A stretch of 64,000 bases of DNA, taken from NCBI RefSeq assembly GCF_003018235.1, contig NZ_CP027437.1. One strand, written 5' to 3'. This DNA is from Escherichia coli. GTDB lineage: Bacteria > Pseudomonadota > Gammaproteobacteria > Enterobacterales > Enterobacteriaceae. This document shows positions 47,983 to 59,776 of the stretch, piece after piece. The translations under genes were made by a program, and so were the position numbers. The notes beneath the pieces are model-generated. The model made no database searches, was not told the DNA's origin, and worked only from the letters and a program-made list of their open reading frames with translations. Numbering within the stretch: position 1 is the first letter of the stretch; every line of letters begins with the position of its first letter.

Positions 47983-48928
47983 CGTTAAGCTTCGCCGCTT
48001 CAGGCTGTTTGCCCCAGCCTTGCCACTGATGCTGGAAGTAAACGATCAGCGTGCTCTGGCTGATGCTTTCGCTTAATACTTCAAAGAAGCGATTAGCATA
48101 AACAGGTTCTATCGGTTTCTTCGGTTTGCACAGCTTCACGCCACGGAACGGATTACGCGGTGTGTCAGGCACAGTGTTTTTCGGCGGTGTAGACGTATCA
48201 ACCTGCGGTTCATTCAGCAAGCTGCTGGCTTTCACCAGCGTAATGTCTGGCGGCAGGTTATAAACCATCTGTTGTAGCACGCGTACCGTTGAAGGGTGAG
48301 GATGCCCAATGGCAATGGTTGAACCGTTGCGACGCGCCAGATCAATTGCGCGATTGAACTGCACACGGATGTCCGCTTCATTTTGCGAATCGTCGAGGAA
48401 CACTTTCCGTTTGATCACCTTCACGCCAGTGCCTTGCGCTGCGCGCATCGCCTGGGTATTACCGATGGTTACGCTGTCGAGGAAGTAAAGATTGTAACGC
48501 TCCAGCGCCTGCATCACTTTCTGCATACCAAACAGGTTAGAGGTCATCTTGCTGCCCATGTGGTTGTTGATCCCCACGGCATAGGGCACGTTATTGACCG
48601 CACTACGAATAATGCGCTCAATTTCGTCGCTGCTCATCTCCGGGCGTAGCGTATTTTTCTCCAGCGGCTGTTTACTCAGTGGTGCCATCGGTAGATGAAT
48701 CAACACTTCGTGACCGCTGTTATGCGCTTTGGTCGCCATCTCTCTGGCGTGTGGTGAATCGGGTAATACAGCGACGGAGATAGCGGAAGGCATCGCCAGC
48801 ACCTGGTTTTCGTTGTGCGGGCGATACCCAAAATCATCAATGACGATGGCAAGTTTGCCAGCAATTACGGGGGAGGAGAGCGCCAACAGAGCGGCAAATG
48901 CAAGAACGTTACGACGAAATGGAAACAA
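47969..48928 (-). CDS. yibQ: Divergent polysaccharide deacetylase family protein YibQ
   Basis: 319 aa with signal peptide; synteny after envC. Confidence 0.85.
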   Translation of the reverse strand: MFPFRRNVLAFAALLALSSPVIAGKLAIVIDDFGYRPHNENQVLAMPSAISVAVLPDSPHAREMATKAHNSGHEVLIHLPMAPLSKQPLEKNTLRPEMSSDEIERIIRSAVNNVPYAVGINNHMGSKMTSNLFGMQKVMQALERYNLYFLDSVTIGNTQAMRAAQGTGVKVIKRKVFLDDSQNEADIRVQFNRAIDLARRNGSTIAIGHPHPSTVRVLQQMVYNLPPDITLVKASSLLNEPQVDTSTPPKNTVPDTPRNPFRGVKLCKPKKPIEPVYANRFFEVLSESISQSTLIVYFQHQWQGWGKQPEAAKLNASVN

Positions 48929-48931
48929 AAC

Positions 48932-50191
48932 TTATCTTCCCAACCACGGCTGTGGATTGACCGCCTGACCCTGGCGGCGAATTTCGAAATAGAGTGAAGG
49001 CCGACCCTGACCGCCACTGCTGCCCACCAGTGCAATCGGCTGGCCCGCGCGAACCTGCGAACCAACGCTCACCAGTGCGCTCTGATTATAGCCGTAAAGA
49101 CTCATGTCGCCTTTACCATGCTCAACCACCACCACCAGACCGTAGCCTTGCAGCCAGTCAGCCAGAATCACCCGACCGTCGGCAATTGCTTTAACTTCAG
49201 TACCTTCAGAGGCACCGATAACCATTCCTTTCCAGCGTAATTCGCCCTGTAGCTGCTCGCCATAGCGATGCAGCGTCGGCCCGCGAACTGGCCAGAATGC
49301 CTGACCACGCGGCGCACCCAGGCCACCAGTTCGGGACATCAGCGATTTTTCGCTTTCGGTCGGTTTGTAGGTGGTGCCTTTGCGCGTCGCTTCTTTCTGG
49401 CGGTCGCGAACCGCCTGGGCCTCACGCGCTTCTCGTTCAGCACGCGCTTTCGCCGCGGCTTCCGCACGGGCAATGCTGTTACGCAGACGGGATTCGTTGG
49501 CGCGCAGCTCGCTCAACTGTTGCTGACCTTGCTGGATGGAAGACTCCAGCCCTGCCAGCGTCTTTTTACGCTCGTTCAGCGCCTGGGTCAGCTTCGCCTG
49601 TTGGGCGCGCTGCTCATACAACAGCGTTTGTTGCTCGCTCTGTTTCTCTTCCAGCTCGGCGCGTTGCATAGCGACTTCTTCACGCGTTTGTTTCAACTGA
49701 GCAATGGTTTCTTGTCGCGCCTGGTTGAGATAGCCGAAATAAGCCTGTAAACGCTGTCCACGCTGGCTTTCTTCACCGCTGAGAATCAGCTGAATACCGG
49801 TATGCTCGCCCTGACGGAATGCGGCATCCAGTTGTGCGGCGAGGCTGCGCTCCTGGGCGGCTTTTTGCTGCTCCAGTTTGGCAATCGACGCGTTCATCTC
49901 ATCAATCTGTTTATTCAGTTGATTGAGCGTGTTTTGCGTTTCGCGCAGTTTGCGAGTGGCTTCCGAGATCGCTTCTTCCTGCTTTTTCAATTGTGCGAGC
50001 AGGCTTGCGCGTTGTTGTTGCTTTTGGCGTACCGCGCGCTCTTTCGCGGCGATATCGGCCTGAATAGATTTGAGTTGGTCACGCTCATCCGCGTGGGCGG
50101 AAAAGGCGCACAACAATACGCCAGCGCTAAGAACGCTGGCGTAGATGATGGGCCTGATTGCAAACCTGCGCGGTTTCACGGCCCGTGTCAT
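48932..50191 (-). CDS. envC: Murein hydrolase activator EnvC
   Basis: 419 aa from MTRAVKPRRFAIRPIIYASV; coiled-coil plus C-terminal LytM/M23 domain. Confidence 0.9.
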   Translation of the reverse strand: MTRAVKPRRFAIRPIIYASVLSAGVLLCAFSAHADERDQLKSIQADIAAKERAVRQKQQQRASLLAQLKKQEEAISEATRKLRETQNTLNQLNKQIDEMNASIAKLEQQKAAQERSLAAQLDAAFRQGEHTGIQLILSGEESQRGQRLQAYFGYLNQARQETIAQLKQTREEVAMQRAELEEKQSEQQTLLYEQRAQQAKLTQALNERKKTLAGLESSIQQGQQQLSELRANESRLRNSIARAEAAAKARAEREAREAQAVRDRQKEATRKGTTYKPTESEKSLMSRTGGLGAPRGQAFWPVRGPTLHRYGEQLQGELRWKGMVIGASEGTEVKAIADGRVILADWLQGYGLVVVVEHGKGDMSLYGYNQSALVSVGSQVRAGQPIALVGSSGGQGRPSLYFEIRRQGQAVNPQPWLGR

Positions 50192-50224
50192 GGTATTAAT
50201 CGCCTTTCCCCTCATGGGGAGGGA

Positions 50225-51769
50225 TTATTCCACGATGAACAGCGGCTTACCAGTCATCTCTTGCGGGATTTCCATACCCATCAGCGACAACATGGTCGGC
50301 GCGATGTCAGAAAGTTTGCCGCCTTCAACCGCTTTCACGTTCTTATCACCAACGTAAATCAGCGGAACTGGCAGGTTGGTGTGTGCCGTGTGTGCCTGAC
50401 CCGTTGCCGGATCGCGCATCTGTTCAGCGTTACCGTGGTCAGCGGTGATCAGCAGTTGTCCACCCACGGACTCAACCGCTTTCGCGACTTCTTCCACGCA
50501 GTGATCCAGCGCTTCAACCGCTTTAACCGCCGCTTCCATCACCCCGGTGTGACCTACCATGTCGCCGTTCGGATAGTTACAGATAATGGTGTCGTATTTG
50601 CCGCTCTTGATTGCCGCAACCAGTTTTTCGGTCAGCTCTGCAGAGCTCATTTCCGGTTGCAGATCGTAGGTAGCCACTTTCGGTGAGTTGATCAGAATGC
50701 GATCTTCGCCTTTGAACGACTCTTCTACGCCACCGTTGAAGAAGAAAGTAACGTGGGCATATTTTTCGGTTTCGGAAATACGCAACTGAGTTTTGTCGTT
50801 TTTCGCCATCCACTCGCCGAAGGTGTTAACCAGGGACGCTGGTGGGTAAGCAACCGCAGTTTTGATGTCAGCGGCGTATTCGGTCAGCATCACGAAATCG
50901 ACGTTAACCACTTTCTTGCGCGCGAAGCCATCGAAATCAGCGTTCACGAATGCACGAGTGATTTCACGCGCGCGGTCAGCACGGAAGTTCATGAAAATCA
51001 GCGTATCGCCGTCTTCCATTGCCGCGTCTGGCTGACCTTCTGCACGAATAACGGTCGCTTTCACGAATTCGTCGTTTTCGTCGCGAGCATAAGCAGCCTG
51101 CAAACCAGCAACGGCGGTATCGGCCTGGAACTCACCCTGCGCCAGAGTCAGCAGGTCATAAGCTTTTTCAACGCGATCCCAGCGGTTATCGCGGTCCATG
51201 GCGTAGTAACGACCAATGATGGACGCTACGCGGCCTTTACCCAGCGCGGCAAATTTCTCTTCGAATTTTTTCAGCGAGGATTCAGCACTGCGCGGCGGAG
51301 TGTCGCGACCGTCAAGGAATGCGTGCAGGTAGATTTTTTCTGCGCCGCGTTCAGCGGCCAGTTCTACCATCGCCATGATGTGATCTTCGTGGCTGTGTAC
51401 GCCGCCTGCGGAGAGCAGACCCATAATGTGAACTGCTTTGCCTGCGTTTTTCGCTTTATCTACCGCGCCAGTCAGTACCGGGTTAGCGAAGAAAGCGCGA
51501 TCTTTGATTTCAACGTCCAGACGAGTCAGGTCCTGATACACGATGCGGCCGGCACCCAGGTTAACGTGACCTACTTCGGAGTTACCCATCTGACGGTCAG
51601 GCAGACCGACTTCCAGACCGGAAGCGTCGATCAGGGTATGCGGACGATTGGCCCACAGTGCATCCATTACCGGGGTTTTAGCACTAAAAATGGCGTTATC
51701 CTGCTGTTCTTCACGATAGCCATAGCCATCCAGAATCACCAGTACCATAGGTTTTTTAGAAACCGACAT
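50225..51769 (-). CDS. gpmM: 2,3-bisphosphoglycerate-independent phosphoglycerate mutase
   Basis: 514 aa from [18 protein letters not shown]. Confidence 0.9.
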   Translation of the reverse strand: MSVSKKPMVLVILDGYGYREEQQDNAIFSAKTPVMDALWANRPHTLIDASGLEVGLPDRQMGNSEVGHVNLGAGRIVYQDLTRLDVEIKDRAFFANPVLTGAVDKAKNAGKAVHIMGLLSAGGVHSHEDHIMAMVELAAERGAEKIYLHAFLDGRDTPPRSAESSLKKFEEKFAALGKGRVASIIGRYYAMDRDNRWDRVEKAYDLLTLAQGEFQADTAVAGLQAAYARDENDEFVKATVIRAEGQPDAAMEDGDTLIFMNFRADRAREITRAFVNADFDGFARKKVVNVDFVMLTEYAADIKTAVAYPPASLVNTFGEWMAKNDKTQLRISETEKYAHVTFFFNGGVEESFKGEDRILINSPKVATYDLQPEMSSAELTEKLVAAIKSGKYDTIICNYPNGDMVGHTGVMEAAVKAVEALDHCVEEVAKAVESVGGQLLITADHGNAEQMRDPATGQAHTAHTNLPVPLIYVGDKNVKAVEGGKLSDIAPTMLSLMGMEIPQEMTGKPLFIVE

Positions 51770-52013
51770 TGCGACAACCTCATACTCAAGAGTCAAAATT
51801 TGCGTAATTTTACTACAGCTGAATCGATAAAATAGCCTCTGAAGATCAAAATATACGACCGCTCGCAGCAAGCCGATGCCAGATTTGCGCTTTTTTTTCG
51901 TCGCGCCCCGCAAAATTGCATTCCAGTTAACGCGCTGGCTGTATTTGCCGCACCGCGCAGGTATACTCCTTTCCTGGTTTTTTTAATCACTACGTCGGGA
52001 GTTGTTACCCCCC

Positions 52014-52445
52014 ATGCAAGAAATTATGCAATTTGTTGGCCGTCATCCCATACTGAGTATCGCCTGGATCGCGTTACTGGTGGCGGTTCTTGTGACTACG
52101 TTTAAGAGCCTGACCTCGAAAGTGAAGGTGATTACTCGTGGTGAAGCTACGCGTCTGATCAACAAAGAAGATGCTGTGGTTGTGGATTTACGTCAGCGTG
52201 ATGACTTCCGTAAAGGCCATATCGCAGGTTCTATCAACCTGTTGCCGAGCGAAATCAAAGCCAACAATGTTGGTGAGCTTGAGAAGCACAAAGACAAACC
52301 GGTTATCGTGGTAGACGGTTCTGGCATGCAGTGCCAGGAGCCTGCAAACGCGCTGACGAAAGCTGGTTTTGCGCAAGTATTCGTGCTGAAAGAGGGCGTT
52401 GCTGGCTGGGCTGGCGAAAACTTACCTCTGGTGCGCGGCAAATAA
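52014..52445 (+). CDS. yibN: Rhodanese-domain inner membrane protein YibN
   Basis: 143 aa from [22 protein letters not shown]. Confidence 0.85.
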
Positions 52446-52586
52446 TTTACCTGTCGTCTTTCATGATGCAGGCCGTTAGCTGCAATTAGGCCCCCAGCGA
52501 CTTATTGTTATAAGCTTCTGGGGATACTCCATTTTGCAGCCGCCCTGCAACAAGAAATTTCAGGGTAAAAAAACAGGAGCTAAGTT

Positions 52587-52838
52587 ATGGCCAATGTTGA
52601 AATCTATACCAAAGAAACCTGCCCGTATTGCCATCGTGCGAAAGCACTGCTGAGCAGCAAGGGCGTGAGTTTTCAGGAGTTGCCGATCGATGGCAACGCC
52701 GCTAAGCGTGAAGAGATGATCAAACGCAGCGGTCGCACCACGGTTCCCCAGATTTTTATTGACGCACAGCACATTGGCGGCTGTGATGACTTGTATGCAT
52801 TGGATGCACGTGGTGGACTGGATCCCCTGCTGAAATAA
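52587..52838 (+). CDS. grxC: Glutaredoxin 3
   Basis: 83 aa; CPYC active site. Confidence 0.95.
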
Positions 52839-52900
52839 CGTGTGAACGTTGGCATTACATTGTGCAGTATTTAAGGACAACACTTAAGGGTTTTCTACAC

Positions 52901-53368
52901 ATGTCAGAACAAAACAACACCGAAATGACTTTCCAGATCCAACGTATTTATACCAAGGATATTTCTTTCGAAGCGCCGAACGCGCCGCACGTTTTCCAGA
53001 AAGATTGGCAGCCAGAAGTTAAACTTGATCTGGATACGGCATCTTCTCAACTGGCAGATGACGTTTACGAAGTGGTACTGCGTGTTACCGTAACGGCCTC
53101 CCTGGGCGAAGAAACCGCGTTCCTGTGTGAAGTTCAGCAGGGCGGTATTTTCTCCATCGCGGGTATCGAAGGCACCCAGATGGCACATTGCCTGGGTGCA
53201 TACTGCCCGAACATTCTGTTCCCGTATGCTCGTGAGTGCATCACCAGCATGGTATCCCGCGGTACATTCCCGCAACTGAACCTTGCGCCGGTTAACTTCG
53301 ATGCGCTGTTCATGAACTATTTGCAGCAGCAGGCTGGCGAAGGTACTGAAGAACATCAGGATGCCTGA
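52901..53368 (+). CDS. secB: Protein-export chaperone SecB
   Basis: 155 aa from [20 protein letters not shown]. Confidence 0.95.
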
Positions 53369-54387
53369 TGAACCAACGTAATGCTTCAATGACTGTGATC
53401 GGTGCCGGCTCGTACGGCACCGCTCTTGCCATCACCCTGGCAAGAAATGGCCACGAGGTTGTCCTCTGGGGCCATGACCCTGAACATATCGCAACGCTTG
53501 AACGCGACCGCTGTAACGCCGCGTTTCTCCCCGATGTGCCTTTTCCCGATACGCTCCATCTTGAAAGCGATCTCGCCACTGCGCTGGCAGCCAGCCGTAA
53601 TATTCTCGTCGTCGTACCCAGCCATGTCTTTGGTGAAGTGCTGCGTCAGATTAAACCGCTGATGCGTCCTGATGCGCGTCTGGTGTGGGCGACCAAAGGG
53701 CTGGAAGCGGAAACCGGGCGTCTGTTGCAGGACGTGGCGCGTGAGGCGTTAGGCGATCAAATTCCGCTGGCGGTTATCTCTGGCCCAACGTTTGCGAAAG
53801 AACTGGCGGCAGGTCTACCAACGGCCATTTCGCTGGCCTCTACCGACCAGACCTTTGCCGATGATCTCCAGCAATTGTTGCACTGTGGCAAAAGTTTCCG
53901 CGTTTACAGCAACCCGGATTTCATCGGTGTGCAGCTTGGCGGCGCGGTGAAAAACGTCATTGCCATTGGCGCGGGGATGTCCGACGGTATCGGTTTTGGT
54001 GCGAATGCGCGTACGGCACTGATCACCCGTGGGCTGGCTGAGATGTCGCGTCTTGGCGCGGCGCTGGGTGCCGATCCTGCCACCTTTATGGGCATGGCGG
54101 GGCTGGGCGATCTGGTGCTTACCTGTACCGACAACCAGTCGCGTAACCGCCGTTTTGGCATGATGCTCGGTCAGGGCATGGATGTACAAAGCGCGCAGGA
54201 GAAGATTGGTCAGGTGGTGGAAGGCTACCGCAATACGAAAGAAGTCCGCGAACTGGCGCATCGCTTCGGCGTTGAAATGCCAATAACCGAGGAAATTTAT
54301 CAAGTATTATATTGCGGAAAAAACGCGCGCGAGGCAGCATTGACGTTATTAGGGCGTGCACGCAAGGACGAGCGCAGTAGCCACTAA
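53368..54387 (+). CDS. gpsA: Glycerol-3-phosphate dehydrogenase [NAD(P)+]
   Basis: 339 aa; [11 protein letters not shown]ossmann motif. Confidence 0.95.
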   Translation: MNQRNASMTVIGAGSYGTALAITLARNGHEVVLWGHDPEHIATLERDRCNAAFLPDVPFPDTLHLESDLATALAASRNILVVVPSHVFGEVLRQIKPLMRPDARLVWATKGLEAETGRLLQDVAREALGDQIPLAVISGPTFAKELAAGLPTAISLASTDQTFADDLQQLLHCGKSFRVYSNPDFIGVQLGGAVKNVIAIGAGMSDGIGFGANARTALITRGLAEMSRLGAALGADPATFMGMAGLGDLVLTCTDNQSRNRRFGMMLGQGMDVQSAQEKIGQVVEGYRNTKEVRELAHRFGVEMPITEEIYQVLYCGKNAREAALTLLGRARKDERSSH

Positions 54388-54466
54388 ACCCAGGGAACCT
54401 TTGTTACCGCTATGACCCGGCCCGCGCAGAACGGGCCGGTCATTATCTCATCGTGTGGAGTAAGCA

Positions 54467-55288
54467 ATGTCGTGTGAAGAACTGGAAATTGTCTGGAACA
54501 ATATTAAAGCCGAAGCCAGAACGCTGGCGGATTGTGAGCCAATGCTGGCCAGTTTTTACCACGCGACGCTACTCAAGCACGAAAACCTGGGCAGTGCACT
54601 GAGCTACATGCTGGCGAACAAGCTGTCATCGCCAATTATGCCTGCCATTGCTATCCGCGAAGTGGTGGAAGAGGCCTACGCCGCCGACCCGGAAATGATC
54701 GCTTCTGCGGCCTGTGATATTCAGGCAGTGCGTACCCGCGACCCGGCGGTGGATAAATACTCGACTCCATTGTTATATCTGAAAGGTTTTCATGCCTTGC
54801 AGGCCTATCGTATCGGTCACTGGCTGTGGAATCAGGGCCGCCGCGCACTGGCAATATTTCTGCAAAACCAGGTTTCTGTAACGTTCCAGGTTGATATTCA
54901 CCCGGCAGCAAAAATTGGCCGCGGTATCATGCTTGACCACGCCACGGGCATCGTTGTGGGTGAAACGGCGGTGATTGAAAACGACGTATCGATTCTGCAA
55001 TCTGTGACGCTTGGCGGTACGGGTAAATCTGGTGGCGACCGTCATCCGAAAATTCGTGAAGGTGTGATGATTGGCGCGGGCGCGAAAATCCTCGGCAATA
55101 TTGAAGTTGGGCGCGGCGCGAAGATTGGCGCAGGTTCCGTGGTGCTGCAACCGGTGCCGCCGCATACCACCGCCGCTGGCGTTCCGGCACGCATTGTCGG
55201 TAAGCCGGATAGCGATAAACCGTCAATGGATATGGATCAGCATTTCAACGGTATTAACCATACATTTGAGTATGGTGATGGGATCTGA
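54467..55288 (+). CDS. cysE: Serine O-acetyltransferase
   Basis: 273 aa; hexapeptide-repeat acyltransferase. Confidence 0.95.
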   Translation: MSCEELEIVWNNIKAEARTLADCEPMLASFYHATLLKHENLGSALSYMLANKLSSPIMPAIAIREVVEEAYAADPEMIASAACDIQAVRTRDPAVDKYSTPLLYLKGFHALQAYRIGHWLWNQGRRALAIFLQNQVSVTFQVDIHPAAKIGRGIMLDHATGIVVGETAVIENDVSILQSVTLGGTGKSGGDRHPKIREGVMIGAGAKILGNIEVGRGAKIGAGSVVLQPVPPHTTAAGVPARIVGKPDSDKPSMDMDQHFNGINHTFEYGDGI

Positions 55289-55302
55289 CGTCCTGTGATT
55301 GT

Positions 55303-55331
55303 GCCGGATGCGATGTAATCATCTATCCGGC
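55303..55331. repeat. REP-like palindrome between convergent cysE and trmL
   Basis: GCCGGAT ... ATCCGGC inverted repeat. Confidence 0.35.
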
Positions 55332-55340
55332 ATACAGTAA

Positions 55341-55814
55341 CTAATCTCTCAATACCGCTCCCGGATACCCCAGCTGCCGCCAGGCTTCATACACCACGAC
55401 CGACACCGCATTGGACAGGTTCATGCTGCGGCTGTCCGGCACCATTGGAATGCGAATTTTTTGTTCAGCGGGCAGGGCATCAAGAATGCTTGCTGGCAGG
55501 CCGCGCGTTTCCGGGCCGAACATCAGATAATCGCCATCCTGATAGCTTACGGCGCTGTGAGCAGGCGTACCTTTCGTGGTGAGGGCAAACAGGCGCTGGG
55601 GATTTTCTGCTTCGAGGAACGCGCGATAGTCATGATGACGCGTAACGGCGGTAAACTCGTGATAGTCCAGCCCCGCGCGGCGCAGGCGCTTATCGTCCCA
55701 GGCAAATCCCATTGGTTCGATGATATGCAGACGAAAGGCGGTATTAGCGCAAAGACGGATGATGTTGCCAGTATTTGGCGGAATTTCTGGTTCGTAAAGT
55801 ACGATGTTTAGCAT
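55341..55814 (-). CDS. trmL: tRNA (cytidine/uridine-2'-O-)-methyltransferase TrmL
   Basis: 157 aa SPOUT methyltransferase [21 protein letters not shown]. Confidence 0.9.
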   Translation of the reverse strand: MLNIVLYEPEIPPNTGNIIRLCANTAFRLHIIEPMGFAWDDKRLRRAGLDYHEFTAVTRHHDYRAFLEAENPQRLFALTTKGTPAHSAVSYQDGDYLMFGPETRGLPASILDALPAEQKIRIPMVPDSRSMNLSNAVSVVVYEAWRQLGYPGAVLRD

Positions 55815-55816
55815 AC

Positions 55817-55839
55817 TGCCCCCTTAGTGCGGGGGCAGA
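55817..55839 (-). promoter_or_regulatory. GC-rich hairpin overlapping the trmL Shine-Dalgarno region
   Basis: CTGCCCCC-TTAGTGC-GGGGGCAG perfect 8-bp stem ending 2 nt before trmL ATG. Confidence 0.35.
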
Positions 55840-55861
55840 ATAGCAGATATTAATCTAACCC

Positions 55862-57052
55862 TTAAGCTGCATTCCCTTTCGCCATCGGAGCCAGTGCCGC
55901 AGGCAACTCTTTACCCAGCCCCTGCACCAGCGAATCTTGCGTAATTTCGCTAATCGATTTCGCGCCAGTCAGCGTCATTGCCACTTTCATCTCTTTTTCG
56001 ATCAGATTCAGCAGGTTAGCTACACCCGCCTGGCCCGCTGTTGCCAGCGCATACAGGAAAGCACGACCCAGCAGTACGGTGTCGGCACCGAGCGCAATCA
56101 TACGCACGACATCAAGCCCGTTACGAATCCCGCTATCCGCCAGAATGGCGATATCACCTTTCACTGCATCTGCAATAGCGGGCAACGCACGAGCAGAAGA
56201 GAGTACGCCGTCCAGCTGGCGGCCACCGTGGTTAGAAACCACAATCCCATCAGCACCAAAACGTACTGCATCGCGCGCATCTTCCGGATCGAGGATCCCT
56301 TTGATCACCATCGGGCCATCCCAGAAATCGCGGATCCACTCAAGGTCTTTCCATGAGATGGATGGATCGAAGTTATTCCCCAACCAGCCGATGTAATCTT
56401 CCAGTCCGGTCGGTTTGCCGAGGTAAGCCGAGATATTACCTAAATCATGTGGACGACCGTTCAGGCCCACATCCCACGCCCATTGCGGATGCGTCACCGC
56501 CTGCAAGTAACGGCGCATTGCCGCATTTGGGCCGCTCATACCAGAATGCGCATCACGATAACGCGCGCCCGGTGTTGGCATATCCACGGTGAAAACCAGC
56601 GTCGAACAACCCGCTGCTTTTGCTCGCTCCAGCGCGTTACGCATAAAGCCGCGATCGCGCAGCACATAAAGCTGGAACCACATCGGACGTTTAATGGCTG
56701 GAGCGACTTCTTCAATCGGGCAAACGGAAACCGTCGAGAGAGTAAACGGAATGCCATGCGCATCCGCCGCTTTGGCAGCCTGAACTTCGCCACGACGCGC
56801 ATACATGCCACACAAACCCACCGGAGCCAGCGCCACCGGCATCGACAATTTCTCATTAAACAGCGTCGTTTCCAGGCTTAAGTCAGACATGTTTTTCAGA
56901 ATACGCTGGCGCAGCGCCACTTCTGACAAATCTTCCACGTTGCGGCGCAGCGTGTATTCAGAATATGCACCCCCATCCATATAGTGGAACAGGAACGGCG
57001 GCAGAATGCGTTGTGCTGCGGCGCGATAATCGCTGGCTGCGGAAATAATCAT
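55862..57052 (-). CDS. lldD: L-lactate dehydrogenase (FMN-dependent)
   Basis: 396 aa. Confidence 0.95.
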
Positions 57053-57825
57053 GCGTTTTTCTCCCTCGAATGCTCATTATGGTCACCAGGCAGGCGGGTA
57101 ATGCGTGCATGGCGAGCTTGATCTTCATCGAATCGTTTCATGGTGGTGTGAACAAAGCTAAGGTGCGCCATCATTGCTTTACGCGCCCCGTCAGCATCAC
57201 CGGCAAAAATGGCGTCAATGACTGCCTGATGTTGTTCGGTCAGCTGTGAAAAAACCGGGGGTACCAGATACATTCGCTGGCGGCTATGCTTCACAGAGGA
57301 TTGCAGGACATCGAAGAAACCGCGCATGGTTTGCAGCAGCACGATGTTATGTGAGGCTTCGGCAATCGCCAGATGAAAACGAACGTCCGCTTGTGAGGCG
57401 AGATCCGGGTCTTCACTTAGCGTTGCTTCAAAGCAAAGCTGAATTTTCTCTTTTTCGCCTGGTGTGGCGCGCATTGCCGCATGCCACGCGGTGCTGGCTT
57501 CAATGGCGTAGCGGGCTTCCAGAATATCGAAACTGTAATCCGGATCATCGGCCATCAGCGTTTTCAGCGGCTGGACGATGTTTTGCTCCGACCATGTGTC
57601 ATGACGCCAGCGAATAAACGTCCCGCCGCCGCGTCGACTAAGCAGCACGCCTTCGCTCACCAGTTTTGCCAGCGCCTCGCGCAGTGAATTACGTGATACG
57701 CCGAGTTGCATCGCCAGTTGACGTTCAGCGGGCAACTTCATGCCCGCCTCCAGGTTTTTTTCATCAATCAGCGCCCGCACACGATCGGCAACCTCGTCTG
57801 ACAGGCGTCTGGGTAAAACAATCAT
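57049..57825 (-). CDS. lldR: GntR-family L-lactate operon regulator
   Basis: 258 aa from [20 protein letters not shown]. Confidence 0.9.
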
Positions 57826-59480
57826 TAAGGAATCATCCACGTTAAGACATAAGCCTGAAGCGTGGTGATCACGCCCACCATACAGGTGAAGATCAGGCTG
57901 TGTTTGACGGTAAAGCGGAACAGATCTGACTCTTTGCCTACCAGGCCTACCGCCGCACAGGCGATAGCGATAGATTGCGGAGAGATCATCTTACCGGTGA
58001 CACCACCGGTGGTGTTGGCGGCAACCAACAACAGGTCAGAAACGCCAATTTGTTGTGCTGCAGTGGCTTGCAGGGCGGCGAACAGGGCGTTAGATGAGGT
58101 ATCCGATCCGGTCAGGAAGACACCAAGCCAGCCGAGGAACGGCGAGAAGAAGGTGAATGCATGGCCGGTGTGCGCCAGTGCCAGCGCCAGCGTTGATGAT
58201 AGTCCGGAATAGTTCGAGATAAAGGCGAACGCCAGCACCATACCGATGGAGTAGATAGGCAGAGCCAGTTCTTTCAGCGTGCTGCCGAAGGTGCTGATAG
58301 CGTCAGATGGTTTCATCTTCAGCCAGACAATCGAGAGCAGGGCAGCAAAAAGAATGGCGGTACCGGTGGCAGAGAACCAGTCGAACTTAAACACGGCGGC
58401 ATACGCTGTCGCTTCACTGACCACTGGCGGCATACGGGCAACCAGTTTATCGAGGTACGGCACCGGAATATTGATCACCCATTCATACAGCGCACCACCC
58501 GAAGCGAACAGGGCTTTAAACGGTGGAATACTCCACAGCGTTACGGTGGCGGTCAGGAACAGGAACGGTGTCCAGGCGCGAAGCACCTGACCTGCGGTGT
58601 AACCGGTGTGAGCCAGCGTCATATCAACCTGTGACGCCCCCAAGTCACCGAAGCGGAATACGCGCACTGGTTGCCAGCGTTTGAGGAACAGCGTCAGGCA
58701 GAGCAGTGATACCAGCGAAGAGATAATGTCTGGCAGTTCCGGCCCAATGAAGTTAGAGCTGAGGTATTGAGCAATGGCAAACGAACCACCTGCAACCACG
58801 ACCGCAGGCCACGTTTCTTTGATTCCGCGCCAACCGTCCATAATCGCCATGATCCAGAACAGCACGATAATGGTCATAAACGGCAGCTGACGCCCCACCA
58901 TCTGACCAATCTCAAAGCTGTCGATGCCTGTTACCTGCCCGGCGACCAGAATCGGAATGCCCATCGCGCCAAATGCCACTGGCGCGGTGTTAACAATCAG
59001 GCACAGTCCGGCGGCGTAGAGTGGTTTAAAGCCCAGACCGACCAGCAATGCGGCGGTAATTGCTACCGGAGCGCCAAAGCCTGCGGCTCCTTCAAGGAAA
59101 GCGCCGAAACAGAAACCGACGATCAGCATTTGCAGGCGCTGGTCAGGGGTTATCGAAAGAATAGACGAGCGGATGATGTCAAACTGCCCGGTTTTCACCG
59201 AGATCTTATAGACGAACACTGCCGCAATAATGATCCACGCGATGGGCCACAAACCGTAGAAGAAGCCATAAATCACCGAGGCCAGCGCGTTAGCGACCGG
59301 CATTTTATAGAACAGCAAAGCCACGGCAAGGGCGATTGCCACCGTCCATGAGGCGGCGACATAACCTTTGAGTTTGAGCTTAATCAGCGCAAAGAAGAAA
59401 AACAGGATGGGAAGCGATGCTATCAGGCTGGAAAGCCAGATATTCCCGGCGGGATCGTAGTTTTGTTGCCAGAGATTCAT
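57825..59480 (-). CDS. lldP: L-lactate permease
   Basis: 551 aa from [15 protein letters not shown]; 1-nt overlap with lldR start (TAATG). Confidence 0.9.
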   Translation of the reverse strand: MNLWQQNYDPAGNIWLSSLIASLPILFFFFALIKLKLKGYVAASWTVAIALAVALLFYKMPVANALASVIYGFFYGLWPIAWIIIAAVFVYKISVKTGQFDIIRSSILSITPDQRLQMLIVGFCFGAFLEGAAGFGAPVAITAALLVGLGFKPLYAAGLCLIVNTAPVAFGAMGIPILVAGQVTGIDSFEIGQMVGRQLPFMTIIVLFWIMAIMDGWRGIKETWPAVVVAGGSFAIAQYLSSNFIGPELPDIISSLVSLLCLTLFLKRWQPVRVFRFGDLGASQVDMTLAHTGYTAGQVLRAWTPFLFLTATVTLWSIPPFKALFASGGALYEWVINIPVPYLDKLVARMPPVVSEATAYAAVFKFDWFSATGTAILFAALLSIVWLKMKPSDAISTFGSTLKELALPIYSIGMVLAFAFISNYSGLSSTLALALAHTGHAFTFFSPFLGWLGVFLTGSDTSSNALFAALQATAAQQIGVSDLLLVAANTTGGVTGKMISPQSIAIACAAVGLVGKESDLFRFTVKHSLIFTCMVGVITTLQAYVLTWMIP

Positions 59481-59716
59481 TGCAGGTCTCCTGCAGTCCA
59501 CGCACATCGTGTAATGAGTCTGATGCTCATCTCCTTGTCACACGTTGTGTAAAAGTGGTACTGCCAATTGTGTTGTGTAGGGATAATGACAATGAATGGT
59601 TAACTAAATGTTATGCATTGGCAACATTGATGTGAGTTTTAATTGGAGATCTGTGAACCAGAGGTCAGATAAGCGAAGAATTGGTAGGGCCAATCTTGGT
59701 GGAGGGAGATGTCTGG

Positions 59717-59751
59717 TAAAGAAAAGGGCAATCCTCATCAGAGAATTGCCC
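59717..59751 (-). terminator. Terminator of adhesin gene
   Basis: On minus strand: AAGGGCAAT-loop-ATTGCCCTT followed by UUUUCUUU. Confidence 0.5.
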
Positions 59752-59776
59752 TTAGTCACACTAAGTTAATGGATCA

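Noticed and set aside
50753-51835. 360-aa ORF on the + strand (and 49802-50686, 294 aa)
   Set aside because: Antisense to gpmM and envC; no independent start signals.
54415-54440. GC-rich hairpin (CCCGGCCCG...CGGGCCGG) between gpsA and cysE
   Set aside because: No U-tract; not reported as a terminator. May be a REP fragment or a cysE leader structure, but I cannot support it from sequence alone.
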